This document shows, piece by piece, positions 35,985 through 45,431 of a DNA stretch of 49,837 nt. The notes under the pieces are model-generated. The model was not told where the DNA came from, did no database searches, and saw nothing but the letters and a program-made list of their open reading frames with translations. The first letter of the stretch is position 1, and each line of letters starts with the position of its first letter. The stretch is taken from the NCBI GenBank assembly GCA_964650155.1, contig CAZYRE010000003.1:1-49837 (forward strand), read 5' to 3'. The stretch comes from an uncultured Bdellovibrionales bacterium (GTDB lineage Bacteria; Bdellovibrionota_C; UBA2361; J135). The translations under genes and the position numbers were made by a program.

Positions 35985-37394
35985 CTAAAGTCTAGCTACA
36001 CCATCTTTAATGGCAGCCTCTCGCACTCTTTCCGCTACACGCTTAGGAACTTCAAGATTGAACGGATCAGGGATTATATATTCCTCATGAAGTTCTCGAT
36101 CTGGAATTGATTCAGCGATTGCTTTAGCCGCAGCAAGCTTCATATTGTCTGTTATTTTTGTGGCTCGGCAATCAATCGCCCCTTTAAAAATTCCTGGGAA
36201 ACAAAGCACATTATTGATCTGATTTTGATAATCACTTCTACCAGTGGCTACTATTCTGGCAATGCCAGCAGTTTCTTCTGGCATAATTTCAGGTGTAGGA
36301 TTAGCTAGTGCAAATATGATTGGGTCTTTCTGCATTTTTTTAAGATCTTCTCGAGTAATCACACCGGGCTTAGAAACCCCAATGAACATGTGCGCACCTT
36401 TCATGGCATCATGAATACTACCCTGCTCATTTTCCTTATTGGCAAAGAGTAAGATCTCATCCTTCATCGGATTCATCCCACCTTTTCTTCCGCGATAGAC
36501 AATCCCTTCACTATCACACGGTACAATGTTGCCAGCTCCGGCACTATTTAACATTTTAGCTATCGCTACACCGCCAGCACCCGCACCACTAATTACTATT
36601 TTCAAGTCGGATATTTTGCGCCCTATTACTTTTAGAGAATTCATTAGTCCCGCAAGAACCACGCAAGCTGTACCGTGTTGATCATCGTGGAACACTGGAA
36701 TATCGAGCCGTCGCTGCAATTCTGCTTCAATTTCAAAACATCTTGGAGCAGCAATATCTTCTAAATTAATTCCACCAAAATTTGGAGCTAGATAAGTAAC
36801 AGTTTCGATTATTCGCTTCGCATCCTGAGTATCTAAGCAGAGAGGTACGGCATTTAGACCACCAAATTGTTTAAACAACATCGCTTTCCCTTCCATCACT
36901 GGAAGTCCTGCACGTGGTCCTATATTTCCTAAACCAAGCACAGCAGTTCCGTCCGAAACTACTGCAATCGTAGTTCCGCGCATTGTTAAATCAAATGCAG
37001 AATTCGGCTCTTTGGCGATATGAGAACAGATCCTAGCAACACCTGGAGTATACGCTTGAGACAATTGATCTCTAGTTCTTAAATGTATGCGCGGTTCAAT
37101 AGTCAGCTTCCCGCCCTTATGCATCTCGAAAACATCATCCCTAACAGATTCAAAGGTATTTTCTGGGATTGTTTTTATTCTTTCTATTACATGAGCTGCA
37201 TGAGCCTCACTCCTACAATGCATGGTGATTGTGCGTTGCTTGTAGTGAAAATCAGATGAAAGTAGATTTACTTCAGCGACAGAAACACCCTCTTCCCCTA
37301 AGATAGTAACCACCTTTGCTAAGTGTCCAGGTTTATTCTTAACCTTTAGCTGTATCGTATATGAATATGCTGCTGAACTTTTCTCTGAACTCAT
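35985..37394 (-). CDS. NAD(P)-dependent malic enzyme with an N-terminal ACT domain
   Basis: Malic-enzyme core ([46 protein letters not shown]). The first 75 aa or so ([29 protein letters not shown]) look like an ACT domain. Confidence 0.9.
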   Translation of the reverse strand: MSSEKSSAAYSYTIQLKVKNKPGHLAKVVTILGEEGVSVAEVNLLSSDFHYKQRTITMHCRSEAHAAHVIERIKTIPENTFESVRDDVFEMHKGGKLTIEPRIHLRTRDQLSQAYTPGVARICSHIAKEPNSAFDLTMRGTTIAVVSDGTAVLGLGNIGPRAGLPVMEGKAMLFKQFGGLNAVPLCLDTQDAKRIIETVTYLAPNFGGINLEDIAAPRCFEIEAELQRRLDIPVFHDDQHGTACVVLAGLMNSLKVIGRKISDLKIVISGAGAGGVAIAKMLNSAGAGNIVPCDSEGIVYRGRKGGMNPMKDEILLFANKENEQGSIHDAMKGAHMFIGVSKPGVITREDLKKMQKDPIIFALANPTPEIMPEETAGIARIVATGRSDYQNQINNVLCFPGIFKGAIDCRATKITDNMKLAAAKAIAESIPDRELHEEYIIPDPFNLEVPKRVAERVREAAIKDGVARL

Positions 37395-37418
37395 ATCCCT
37401 AAACCTACCAACATTCCT

Positions 37419-37442
37419 AAAAAGGGGTCAGACCCCTTTTTT
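37419..37442. terminator. bidirectional rho-independent terminator hairpin
   Basis: AAAAAGGGG-tcaga-CCCCTTTTTT: a GC stem flanked by an A-run and a T-run, so a U-tract follows the hairpin on either strand. Confidence 0.6.
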
Positions 37443-37444
37443 AT

Positions 37445-37470
37445 AAAAAAGGGCCAGATAAACTGGCCCT
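37445..37470 (-). terminator. rho-independent terminator after the 37500..38099 operon
   Basis: The minus strand reads AGGGCCAG-tttat-CTGGCCC followed by TTTTTT, about 30 nt after the stop codon at 37500. Confidence 0.7.
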
Positions 37471-37499
37471 AAAAGATAGCGTGAGAAATAAATAAAAGT

Positions 37500-38099
37500 T
37501 TATTGAGCAACGCCTAGCTTTCTGAAGTACTGCTCTAATTTATCTAGAGCAGGCTCAAGTCTCTCTTGAATAGTAGTAGCTAATGCCCACCAAGATTGAT
37601 AAAGCTGCTGCTGACAAATGTCTTTGCAGATATTTGTGATCTCTTCAGTCTGTGGAGTAATATCGTATTTTGCTTTCTGTGCAAGCGGAACAACTTCTAA
37701 TAACATGTTGTACCACTCAAAGAAGGCTTTAAGATCTCGAACTGCCACAATAAGAATTTTATTTCCTTCTTGCATGTCGCCAGCTTGAAATGACTGTCGA
37801 GAAGATCGAAAAAGAATATAAGTATTCTCAATTAGGTTCGGGGTAACTTCAGCTCGTCCACGGATGAATTCATCTACAGTTCCAGTCTCTACTTCGAGAA
37901 TGTCTGTCTCCACGAATTGTCCAGGTGAACTCTGCCACTCAGCTTCTGTTAGATCTCTTCCATTAATTCGAAGCCCAGTAATAATTTGATTTGGATCGAT
38001 AGAGCCTTTGATTAACTCAATGACATCCGTCATCCGAGGCAGTGTATTAGCTCTAAGACCGCTTGATTTTCCGTTTAATTGAATCTGGAGCATCGCCAA
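37500..38099 (-). CDS. hypothetical protein; N-terminal ThiS/ubiquitin-like (beta-grasp) segment plus a helical domain
   Basis: MLQIQLNGKSSGL...VIELI...ITGLRINGRDLTEAEWQ...DILEVETG resembles the ThiS/MoaD layout but has no terminal GG. The C-terminal 120 aa are helical. Last gene of a three-gene operon, 4 nt after the GT9 gene. Confidence 0.45.
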   Translation of the reverse strand: MAMLQIQLNGKSSGLRANTLPRMTDVIELIKGSIDPNQIITGLRINGRDLTEAEWQSSPGQFVETDILEVETGTVDEFIRGRAEVTPNLIENTYILFRSSRQSFQAGDMQEGNKILIVAVRDLKAFFEWYNMLLEVVPLAQKAKYDITPQTEEITNICKDICQQQLYQSWWALATTIQERLEPALDKLEQYFRKLGVAQ

Positions 38100-38103
38100 A
38101 CCT

Positions 38104-39762
38104 CTAGTTAAGTTGTTGATAATACTGACCTAATTTAACTCCACGACGCGCTAAATTGGCGTAAACCTCTCCCATTTGAGATGCAAGCACCTCAGGGTCG
38201 GATCCCGAAATATTTTCTTTTGCAAAAACAAACATCCTAGTCAGAAGACCTAATTCTGGGTGGTGGTAACCTAACCCCTCAATAGTCTTATCTATCTCTC
38301 CTAAATTGTACCCTACTTCCTGAATGACAGTTGCAGGTGTGCGCGTGTCCCTAATCGCACTTATTAGCCGAGATATCTCTTGCCTACCTGCTTCGGCAAC
38401 TTTAAGAACTCCATTGAGCCCCTCATAAAACGGGTCATACATTGTAAGCGGTTTCTTACTCTTAGTATCAACAGTCTCATCAACTTTATATTCACCTAGA
38501 TCATCTAACCAAAGTTTCCGATAAGCCTGTCGAAACTTAACCAACCTTACGTCTTCAGTTGCAACATTGAGAGGCTCCATATCAAAAAAGCCTTGTGCAT
38601 CAAAAAAGGTGCGGAAGATCACAAGATTTCTCTGATTTGCTAACTCTTGTGGCAAAACTCGGATATCCCCTTTAATCCTTAACATAGTTAGCTCGGCCAA
38701 GAATTCCGGGTCTATAAGATCATGACAATCGGGACGAGCACATGGCTTATTGGGATTACATGGACCACATGAGATAACGGGCTGAAGTACTATGTTTCCC
38801 TCACTATACGGTCCTGTTTCAAATCCTAAAGCTGATGCTAAGAACATCGATACAACAGGCCGGCCAACTGCCACTGCCATATGCATAGTTCCGGTGTCAC
38901 CGGTTACAAGAATTTCACACTCTTTTAAAAGTCCTCCGAGTTGAGATAGAGATGTTTTCCCCGCAGCAATTCCAATATTCTCAGGTCCAGTTTGCTCGAC
39001 GATTCTATTGATAATCGGAAGCTCTGATTTTGTACCGGTCATTACTATTCTAGCGTTGTATTTATCTCGTAGTGTACGAATAAACGGGGCGAATCTATCA
39101 GGAGACCACTGCCTCTTTCCCTGACTTGCCCCCGCCTGAACAGCAATTAGTGGGCCAGTATTTGTAAAACTAAACTCATTAATTAAGTTGACCGCGTACT
39201 TATGGCTTTCTTCATCTACTCGCATCAATAATGTATTTGGATGAGCTTCAACATCTGCTGAGCACCTAAATACGTCTACGAGGTTCAGAGTATTATAGTG
39301 GCGATTGGTATGAAAAACGCATGAAGCAAACAGTTTCGCCCAATCAGACTCGATAACTCTGTACCCTTCATCATCAGCGGTCCAGCCACCTTGATTATCA
39401 ATTTTTAATAGTTTGAGTAGAAGTGCTGTATAAGCAGAATTAGACATATTAAGACAGTAATCGAAATTCCTTGAGCGAAGATCCTCGACAATTTCCGTTA
39501 CATATTCAAAGGCATCAATTATTCCTTCCCCCTCACGGGCTAGTGCACGAACAGTTGTGCCAAGATCAAGAGGAATTACTTCGTCAATGTTAGGTAAAAG
39601 TTCGCAGATTCCGGAGAATTGCTTTTCAACAAGCACTGTGATTTTACAGTCTGGATTCTCCATCTTCATGCCAGCAATTGTTGGAGTAGCCTGAAGCATA
39701 TCCCCAAGTCTGGTGATGTTTACTAGAAGGATATTTTTTTTATTTGCATGTCTTTTCTTCAT
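38104..39762 (-). CDS. glycosyltransferase family 9 (heptosyltransferase-like) with a 200-aa C-terminal extension
   Basis: ILLVNITRLGDMLQATP, GDTGTMHMAVAVGRPVVSMF and the Cys cluster SCGPCNPNKPCARPDCHDLI are typical of GT9. Residues from about 350 to 552 match nothing I recognise. Confidence 0.8.
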   Translation of the reverse strand: MKKRHANKKNILLVNITRLGDMLQATPTIAGMKMENPDCKITVLVEKQFSGICELLPNIDEVIPLDLGTTVRALAREGEGIIDAFEYVTEIVEDLRSRNFDYCLNMSNSAYTALLLKLLKIDNQGGWTADDEGYRVIESDWAKLFASCVFHTNRHYNTLNLVDVFRCSADVEAHPNTLLMRVDEESHKYAVNLINEFSFTNTGPLIAVQAGASQGKRQWSPDRFAPFIRTLRDKYNARIVMTGTKSELPIINRIVEQTGPENIGIAAGKTSLSQLGGLLKECEILVTGDTGTMHMAVAVGRPVVSMFLASALGFETGPYSEGNIVLQPVISCGPCNPNKPCARPDCHDLIDPEFLAELTMLRIKGDIRVLPQELANQRNLVIFRTFFDAQGFFDMEPLNVATEDVRLVKFRQAYRKLWLDDLGEYKVDETVDTKSKKPLTMYDPFYEGLNGVLKVAEAGRQEISRLISAIRDTRTPATVIQEVGYNLGEIDKTIEGLGYHHPELGLLTRMFVFAKENISGSDPEVLASQMGEVYANLARRGVKLGQYYQQLN

Positions 39763-39764
39763 GC

Positions 39765-41663
39765 TTATCCCCCCTTCTCTTCCCGTTTCATCTGCACGAT
39801 TTGGGTAGTTACATGATGCAAGAAAAGTAGTTTCTGTTCTGTCTCGGTTAACTTTCCTTTTCCGCTCAATATGTCAAAAACAAGGGCATCTAGTTTAGGC
39901 AAATCTCCCCGCTCAAAAGCAGCTTGGCAACGTTCCTTTAGTTCGGAATCTTTAGCGGACCTTCGAATCATATTGATCCACGGATTAGACATCTGTCTTT
40001 CATAGAGATGCTCAAACTTTGCTCCGTAAATCAGTCCAAGCATCTGTTTTAACCGGGCATCATAGGTGTGATCTCTAAGCACCCTGGACCTTCCAGCCTC
40101 AGCGATTTTTGTTCTCTCTTCAGGACGTTCGGAATAGTACGTAATCTTTTCTTTTAAATCCTTACTATCTTTGAAGGTCGCAACTTCCTGTCCTGGAACA
40201 AACACCTCTGGTAGAAGCGTTCTTTCATCAACCAACTGGAATGCTCCACATGCGGCTAATTCAAATGTTCGTGGATTTACGAAATCACCAAATGGATCAA
40301 CATCGTTTCTTTCTGAAGATGAATGTAAGTTTATATTAATATCAGTTGAGTTAAATATCTTTACATATTCCTCAGGAGTTAGTCTTCTGCCACCTTCCTG
40401 AACCATCTTGATGAATGGTTTGCATTCTGGCCACTCTGTTCCCCAGATCTTAAATGGATAATCCACTAATCCAGCAAATACGTGTTGGCGATTATGATAA
40501 CCAGCGCCTACAAATGACAGTGGCGAACCCCAATGTTCTTTCTCTTCTGGGCTTAAAGTCATTGGCCGATGAATCGATGGATCAGCCGCCATTGGAAGAT
40601 AATGTACTTCTCCAGCACCAGCACGCCTTATGGACTCTATGCATGGACCTTTCTGGATCGTAAAGACAAAGTCATAAAACTTCGCCATGTCTCGCCAGTA
40701 AGTAAATCGAAGATAATCTTCAACGAACCATAGTACGGTTACTATCCCTCGACGACGAAGCTCTTGTAGTGCGGATCCGGCAAGCGGTGCTTGAGCCATA
40801 CACAACACGATATCAACAGGATGTTCGTTAATAGATTCAAGGATGACATTGGAAACCATCTGAGCGTAATGGTTTTCAACTACTGCTCGTCGCTGCTCGA
40901 GCTTAAGGAATTTTTTAAGCTCATGATAACCTGGTGAGAAACCACTGACATCTATTTCTCTGGTTAATTGATTCAAATTTCCGAGCGAATTTGCACAGTA
41001 TCCGGCAATAGGCAGAGTACCACCAGCCATTGGTCCCACGATTCCAATTTTTGGTTTCAAGACTGCAAAGCCTCTATGCTCATAAGAGAAGGTTCTTACT
41101 TTGCTTACGTGATCGGTGAATAAAGCTTGTGTTTGAGGCCTTATTAGAAGTTCAACTCGACTCGGAACATTTTCGGGTAGAAACTGTGTTCCCACACATA
41201 GATCAGATAACTGGCTTAAAGCCTGACTAATGTCTCGCGTTTCAATTGCTCTTCTGAAACTTTCTATCGATGGCTCAATTACGATAATTTTAGATTTAGC
41301 TTTACTTATTAAACTCTCAACGTGATATCCAACACCAAATCCGTAAACGATGATAGCTTCCGCATCTGCGATTCTTGGATCTAGTAATGATCTCGTCGCC
41401 CATGCTTCACCTGAGCTTTTTGGTTTAGTTGGGTGATCTTGGCACTGTCCAGAATTAATTATTACAGGACCCTCTTCAGTATCACTGACCACTATATCTG
41501 TATAATTTCTGCGGCTCTCGAGAATTAATCCCGCCGCTCTTGGGAATCTTGCTTTTATGATTTCAATATTTCGATCAAATATAGCTGGAGTTACACTAAC
41601 CCCTGGCAAGGAAGTATCCTCACCATTTCGGCCCCATATTGTCTCAATTCGAGACTCCGTCAT
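39765..41663 (-). CDS. fusion of a Maf_N-like N-terminal domain with a CgeB-family (DUF3880 + Glyco_trans_1_2) glycosyltransferase
   Basis: The N-terminus (FDRNIEIIKARFPRAAGLI...IIVYGFGVGYHVESLI...KIIVIEPSIESFRRAIE) resembles the N-domain of motility-accessory-factor proteins. The C-terminus (NINLHSS...VNPRTFELAACGAFQLVDE) matches the CgeB-type GT motif. Confidence 0.6.
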   Translation of the reverse strand: MTESRIETIWGRNGEDTSLPGVSVTPAIFDRNIEIIKARFPRAAGLILESRRNYTDIVVSDTEEGPVIINSGQCQDHPTKPKSSGEAWATRSLLDPRIADAEAIIVYGFGVGYHVESLISKAKSKIIVIEPSIESFRRAIETRDISQALSQLSDLCVGTQFLPENVPSRVELLIRPQTQALFTDHVSKVRTFSYEHRGFAVLKPKIGIVGPMAGGTLPIAGYCANSLGNLNQLTREIDVSGFSPGYHELKKFLKLEQRRAVVENHYAQMVSNVILESINEHPVDIVLCMAQAPLAGSALQELRRRGIVTVLWFVEDYLRFTYWRDMAKFYDFVFTIQKGPCIESIRRAGAGEVHYLPMAADPSIHRPMTLSPEEKEHWGSPLSFVGAGYHNRQHVFAGLVDYPFKIWGTEWPECKPFIKMVQEGGRRLTPEEYVKIFNSTDININLHSSSERNDVDPFGDFVNPRTFELAACGAFQLVDERTLLPEVFVPGQEVATFKDSKDLKEKITYYSERPEERTKIAEAGRSRVLRDHTYDARLKQMLGLIYGAKFEHLYERQMSNPWINMIRRSAKDSELKERCQAAFERGDLPKLDALVFDILSGKGKLTETEQKLLFLHHVTTQIVQMKREEKGG

Positions 41664-41847
41664 TCAGCAACCACCTCGCAACAGCTCCCAAGATTAGGGA
41701 TAACTGCCTTTGATGTTTGATGCTGATTAGTTCAGTGGGGATCCCGCTAGAAAGCGTCAATTATTTGACATCCTATAGGGCTGTGATTAGAAAATAAGAA
41801 GCCTTGAACAAGGTTCAAATGCGATCTTGTCCAAGGCGACGATGGTT

Positions 41848-42345
41848 TTATTCCAAAGTATCTTCAGTCGTATAACCCTGGCGAGTTACTGTGGCCCCTG
41901 AATCAACTATAAGCGCGCCACTTAATTGTAATTCTTCTAAGACATCAGCAATTGCCAATGCTTCCGGAATGCCTTTTCTCACTTTGTCAGCGCATTGATC
42001 AGTGTTTGAAAAGACAAGGTTTATAATTGCACTACCTTCATCTACGCAATCACAGAAAAGTGTGCCTGTAATTCTACCGCATATTTCAATCCAGATAATA
42101 CTTTTAGACATGCCGCACACTTTACCTTTAGGACACGTAACAGGCTCAGTATCTCCGTAATTACATTTTACGGCGCCAGCTTTATATTGATTTGCGGTAA
42201 AGTCATGTGTTCCATAATTTTTATTGGCAGTAGAACCAGCATTCCCGGTTCCATGAAACCCACACGTATCGGCATTGGCAAATGATGATATGCAAGTAAA
42301 TGCGAAAAGAGACAGAGTAATGAATTTAATTGATTTTCTAGTCAT
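41848..42345 (-). CDS. small secreted Cys-rich protein (8 Cys in the mature part)
   Basis: Signal peptide MTRKSIKFITLSLFAFTCISSFANA, with cysteines spread through the mature chain. No family recognised. Last gene of the Tra-like string. Confidence 0.5.
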   Translation of the reverse strand: MTRKSIKFITLSLFAFTCISSFANADTCGFHGTGNAGSTANKNYGTHDFTANQYKAGAVKCNYGDTEPVTCPKGKVCGMSKSIIWIEICGRITGTLFCDCVDEGSAIINLVFSNTDQCADKVRKGIPEALAIADVLEELQLSGALIVDSGATVTRQGYTTEDTLE

Positions 42346-42521
42346 AACCTTACTTAACTTTATCTAAGTTTATAAAACCGGAGTGTTGATTCAGAAATTT
42401 CAATTCTGATCTAAAAATCCAGTTACAAGTAAGAATGACTAGCTTCCCCCAGCAGCAATATGCTGCCCTCTAAACTGTTATGGTTTATTCACTCAAAATA
42501 GTGACAAATTATTTAATATTT

Positions 42522-43232
42522 TTAAGAAGGATCGCTCTGCAAAATATTTCGCAATCCGGCAGCGTCACCAAAGGGATTATCAAGTCCTTCCACTAACACC
42601 TCACCTTCTGGAAAACCAAAGATCCAAGTCGGAGATCTTTTGATTGCGTACTGAGGTGGTACTGCATTAAGACGGTGAATAAGAGGAAATTGGGGAATTA
42701 CGTCCTTCAGTACACCACTTTCTTTGAGGGCTTTATAGCCATCACCAATAAGATAGATGTTATCTATCCGAGCGTGTGCTTTTTTTGAAAATCTAGCAAG
42801 TTTATCAATATATTTTTGAGCATGAGTACGTCTACTGCCATCAACGATTAGGCCAATTGTTTTAAACTTATAATCACCGGATGAAATCTCAGTTTCTTCC
42901 TCACTCTTCTTGAAAAACCTCTCTAACCTCATCTGTGCTCTATGATCAGATGCTGGATTGTATTCTTTCCGTTTCTCTGCAGCCTTTAACTGAGCCTCTT
43001 TTATTATTGAAAGCGTGTCTCTAGGTTGCTCATCTGCATGTGATACATCTTCTTGGGTAAATTCGTCATCATAAGTAGACTCGACTTCTCTTTCCTTCGC
43101 AATCCCAGTAACAAATCCTGATTCAAAAAAAGTACTTGAGCTATGATCATGGTCATTACTCCGTTCGGCATGAGCAGGTGCGGAAACAACTGCGGTAAAA
43201 AATATAACCTTTATTGGTAACAATTTATCCAT
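42522..43232 (-). CDS. secreted protein, TrbC/TraW-like C-terminal domain (tentative)
   Basis: Signal peptide ending APAHA. TIGLIVDGS...IYLIGDG...LNAVPPQYAIKRSPTWIF parallels F-plasmid TrbC (ALYFVSFS...DPTLFSQYGIRSVPALVV). Confidence 0.4.
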   Translation of the reverse strand: MDKLLPIKVIFFTAVVSAPAHAERSNDHDHSSSTFFESGFVTGIAKEREVESTYDDEFTQEDVSHADEQPRDTLSIIKEAQLKAAEKRKEYNPASDHRAQMRLERFFKKSEEETEISSGDYKFKTIGLIVDGSRRTHAQKYIDKLARFSKKAHARIDNIYLIGDGYKALKESGVLKDVIPQFPLIHRLNAVPPQYAIKRSPTWIFGFPEGEVLVEGLDNPFGDAAGLRNILQSDPS

Positions 43233-43242
43233 ACGATCACCT

Positions 43243-44553
43243 TTAATCTCTACAGCACCCTATAAACTTCCAATGTGTAACTACTGCCGTGCCTGGATTT
43301 CTATTCAAATCAAATGAGGACATTCCTAAAGTTGCAGCCCCAGCCATTCCTGCAGGTAGGCACATATGACCCATCGCCATTGGCCGAAGCCACTGGAGCT
43401 TATCTGCTGGATACGTAAAATCGATTGCTTTGAGCAACCCTTCCACTTTGGCCGAAGTATTAATTGCTTTTATTGCTGCAATTCCAGCTACCGAAAGATC
43501 CGTCATCACATCGTGTCCGTACATAGTTACAGGGCGTGCTCTTCCCCATCCGGGCACACAGGCAAGCTCTCCAGGAGGATTCACAATGGTACCGCCATCT
43601 CCACCAATTACATCCACAAGCGGTTGCAGAAAGTCAGGGCTGTAACCATTATCAATATTTTGCTGAGTACACATGAGCGGATTCTCTTCAAGATCACTCA
43701 TCTCACTGTCGAAGTTCGCTACGCTCCAGCCAACATTACGAGCAGGTTCTGCCATTGCTGCAATATCACTAAACCGTTCAGCTGGTACAATTCCAACGTG
43801 ACAGAGATCTTCGAACTTATCACTCTCATTCATTCTCAATTCTGTTGCAGAATCAGTTGCTAACTCGGATGAATATTCAGCATAGTCTCCGAATGAGGAC
43901 ATGCCGAATGCCCAAGCCATCTGAGCCAACGTTGGGGTTAGGTGGTAATCACGCACTGTCATACCACCATCACTCCCATGTAAGAATCTCATAGACTCAG
44001 GAAGTTCCTCCACTCGGGGATCAATCTCTTGTGCAGTCAATTCCTCTCCCCCTACTAGTCGTGATGCTCGCTTTATCCCATCTACCGCGTATTTTGGAGC
44101 TTTGCCGTAATGCCCATCCCCAGATTTCTTTTCATACTCAGGATTAAACTCTTCATACATATCTTTAGTGGCGTACTGAGTTTCCGAAAAATTACCGATG
44201 TTCACTGTGTTTACTGGCCACCAGTAAAGATGCAGATCAGAAAATTCACACCCCATTGTGATGGTAACTAGACTCATACAAGCATCAAAGTTAGATCCGA
44301 AGTGAATATCAGCATCATCCTCATAGGCCTGCACAACGTCATCACTTTCAGCGCCACCATAGAACTGATTATTAATGGTATTTCTCGCTCTTCCTACAAC
44401 CTTTGCCTTAGTGATCATCTGAGCTTTCTGCTTTGCCATATTTATATAGCTATCAGTGCTGGGAGCAATTCCGCCAAGTCCCTGGGAATGCGCACTGGAT
44501 ATAATAAAAATCGAAAGCACCTGGATCTTGATGACAGCATGTAAGAATTTCAT
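43243..44553 (-). CDS. TraU-family-like secreted protein (tentative)
   Basis: Several blocks parallel F TraU in the same order: LHLYWWPVNTVN against YHVHWYKYPLTYWLN, CVPGWGRARPVTMYGHDV against WCAGSQGSMYPFNGWV, LQWLRPMAMGHMCLPAG against WRYQMVNMYPDSGQCHPFG, and NPGTAVVTHWKFIGCC against NPPNTKKNFGYLMWRKRNC. Preferred start is the ATG at 44553 (MKFLHAVIKIQVLSIFIISSAHS signal), which forms an ATGA overlap with the upstream stop. The track start is 44592. Confidence 0.5.
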   Translation of the reverse strand: MKFLHAVIKIQVLSIFIISSAHSQGLGGIAPSTDSYINMAKQKAQMITKAKVVGRARNTINNQFYGGAESDDVVQAYEDDADIHFGSNFDACMSLVTITMGCEFSDLHLYWWPVNTVNIGNFSETQYATKDMYEEFNPEYEKKSGDGHYGKAPKYAVDGIKRASRLVGGEELTAQEIDPRVEELPESMRFLHGSDGGMTVRDYHLTPTLAQMAWAFGMSSFGDYAEYSSELATDSATELRMNESDKFEDLCHVGIVPAERFSDIAAMAEPARNVGWSVANFDSEMSDLEENPLMCTQQNIDNGYSPDFLQPLVDVIGGDGGTIVNPPGELACVPGWGRARPVTMYGHDVMTDLSVAGIAAIKAINTSAKVEGLLKAIDFTYPADKLQWLRPMAMGHMCLPAGMAGAATLGMSSFDLNRNPGTAVVTHWKFIGCCRD

Positions 44554-45206
44554 TGTGAGACTCCTGCCGATAGAGCATCTGTCCCATACCATCTTTCAAT
44601 TGCATTTCCCGTTAGTCGAATACGATAAGGTAGACACGGTATTTTTTGATCAAGCGCCGTTAAAGTAGGGATGCTGCCGCTCCCACGACTAAACTCCCTA
44701 ATATCTACGCCTTTAAGAAATTCTCTTTCTTGTTCACTAATGGTTCCGCTTCTTACATACAGAACATCATAACTCCCGGTTTTTGATTTTCGTGGAGTAG
44801 CATCTATACGACTCTCATTACAATTTGGGATATCTCTCTTTAGCTTTGCACCAAGTTGCCCTGATGCCTTCTTCTGTTCATACTCTTTGGCGACTTTTCT
44901 TCGCTTTGCTTTAGGTAGGTGATGATTTCTTAGCTTGGGAGTCTTAATGTCTATAACAACTCCTTCATTAAACCGAAATATTTTTAGTATCTTTGTGGAC
45001 CTTGGATTTAAAAGATTATTCAAAATATTGGGGAGGCGAGTTTTAAGACCACTTGAAATCGCAGCAGCATCTTTCTGCTGCATAGCTCCAGTTCTAACCA
45101 GAGCTTCTAGAGTAGTTGTAGGATTCGGAGTATCAGCGAGGACAGTGCCACCAAAGCAGCAAGGTAACTGAACTACGAGTAAGACTAAAACGCCACATAA
45201 CCTCAT
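44550..45206 (-). CDS. secreted protein in the TraW position, TraW-like (tentative)
   Basis: Signal peptide MRLCGVLVLLVVQLPCCFGGTVLA. 218 aa, against about 210 aa for F TraW as I recall it. DVLYVRSGTISEQEREFL...LDQKIPCLPYRIRL loosely parallels TraW TLYFINGDDPAQVAWM...LGIDQVPARV. Lies immediately upstream of the TraU-like gene, as in F. Confidence 0.35.
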   Translation of the reverse strand: MRLCGVLVLLVVQLPCCFGGTVLADTPNPTTTLEALVRTGAMQQKDAAAISSGLKTRLPNILNNLLNPRSTKILKIFRFNEGVVIDIKTPKLRNHHLPKAKRRKVAKEYEQKKASGQLGAKLKRDIPNCNESRIDATPRKSKTGSYDVLYVRSGTISEQEREFLKGVDIREFSRGSGSIPTLTALDQKIPCLPYRIRLTGNAIERWYGTDALSAGVSQ

Positions 45207-45431
45207 TTTGACTAACCTTTAATGTGGGAAATTCTCCCACAGATGTTATGATACGTTACTTTTGAATGTAACTTAGGGCAGCAGCTATGCTGTGCTCATG
45301 TAGTAGCTAGTGTTGAGAAGGAAATAATAAATCCCTAAAGCGCAAATCCATTGTGCAATCAGCATGTTAGGAATATTTATAGTGACCAAACACTATCCTA
45401 GAGTACAAAACTATAGACATACTCATATTTT

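Noticed and set aside
41803-41817. A TTGAAC-aag-GTTCAA hairpin downstream of the Cys-rich protein gene, considered as a terminator.
   Set aside because: It has only a 6-bp AT-rich stem and no adjacent U-tract on the minus strand.
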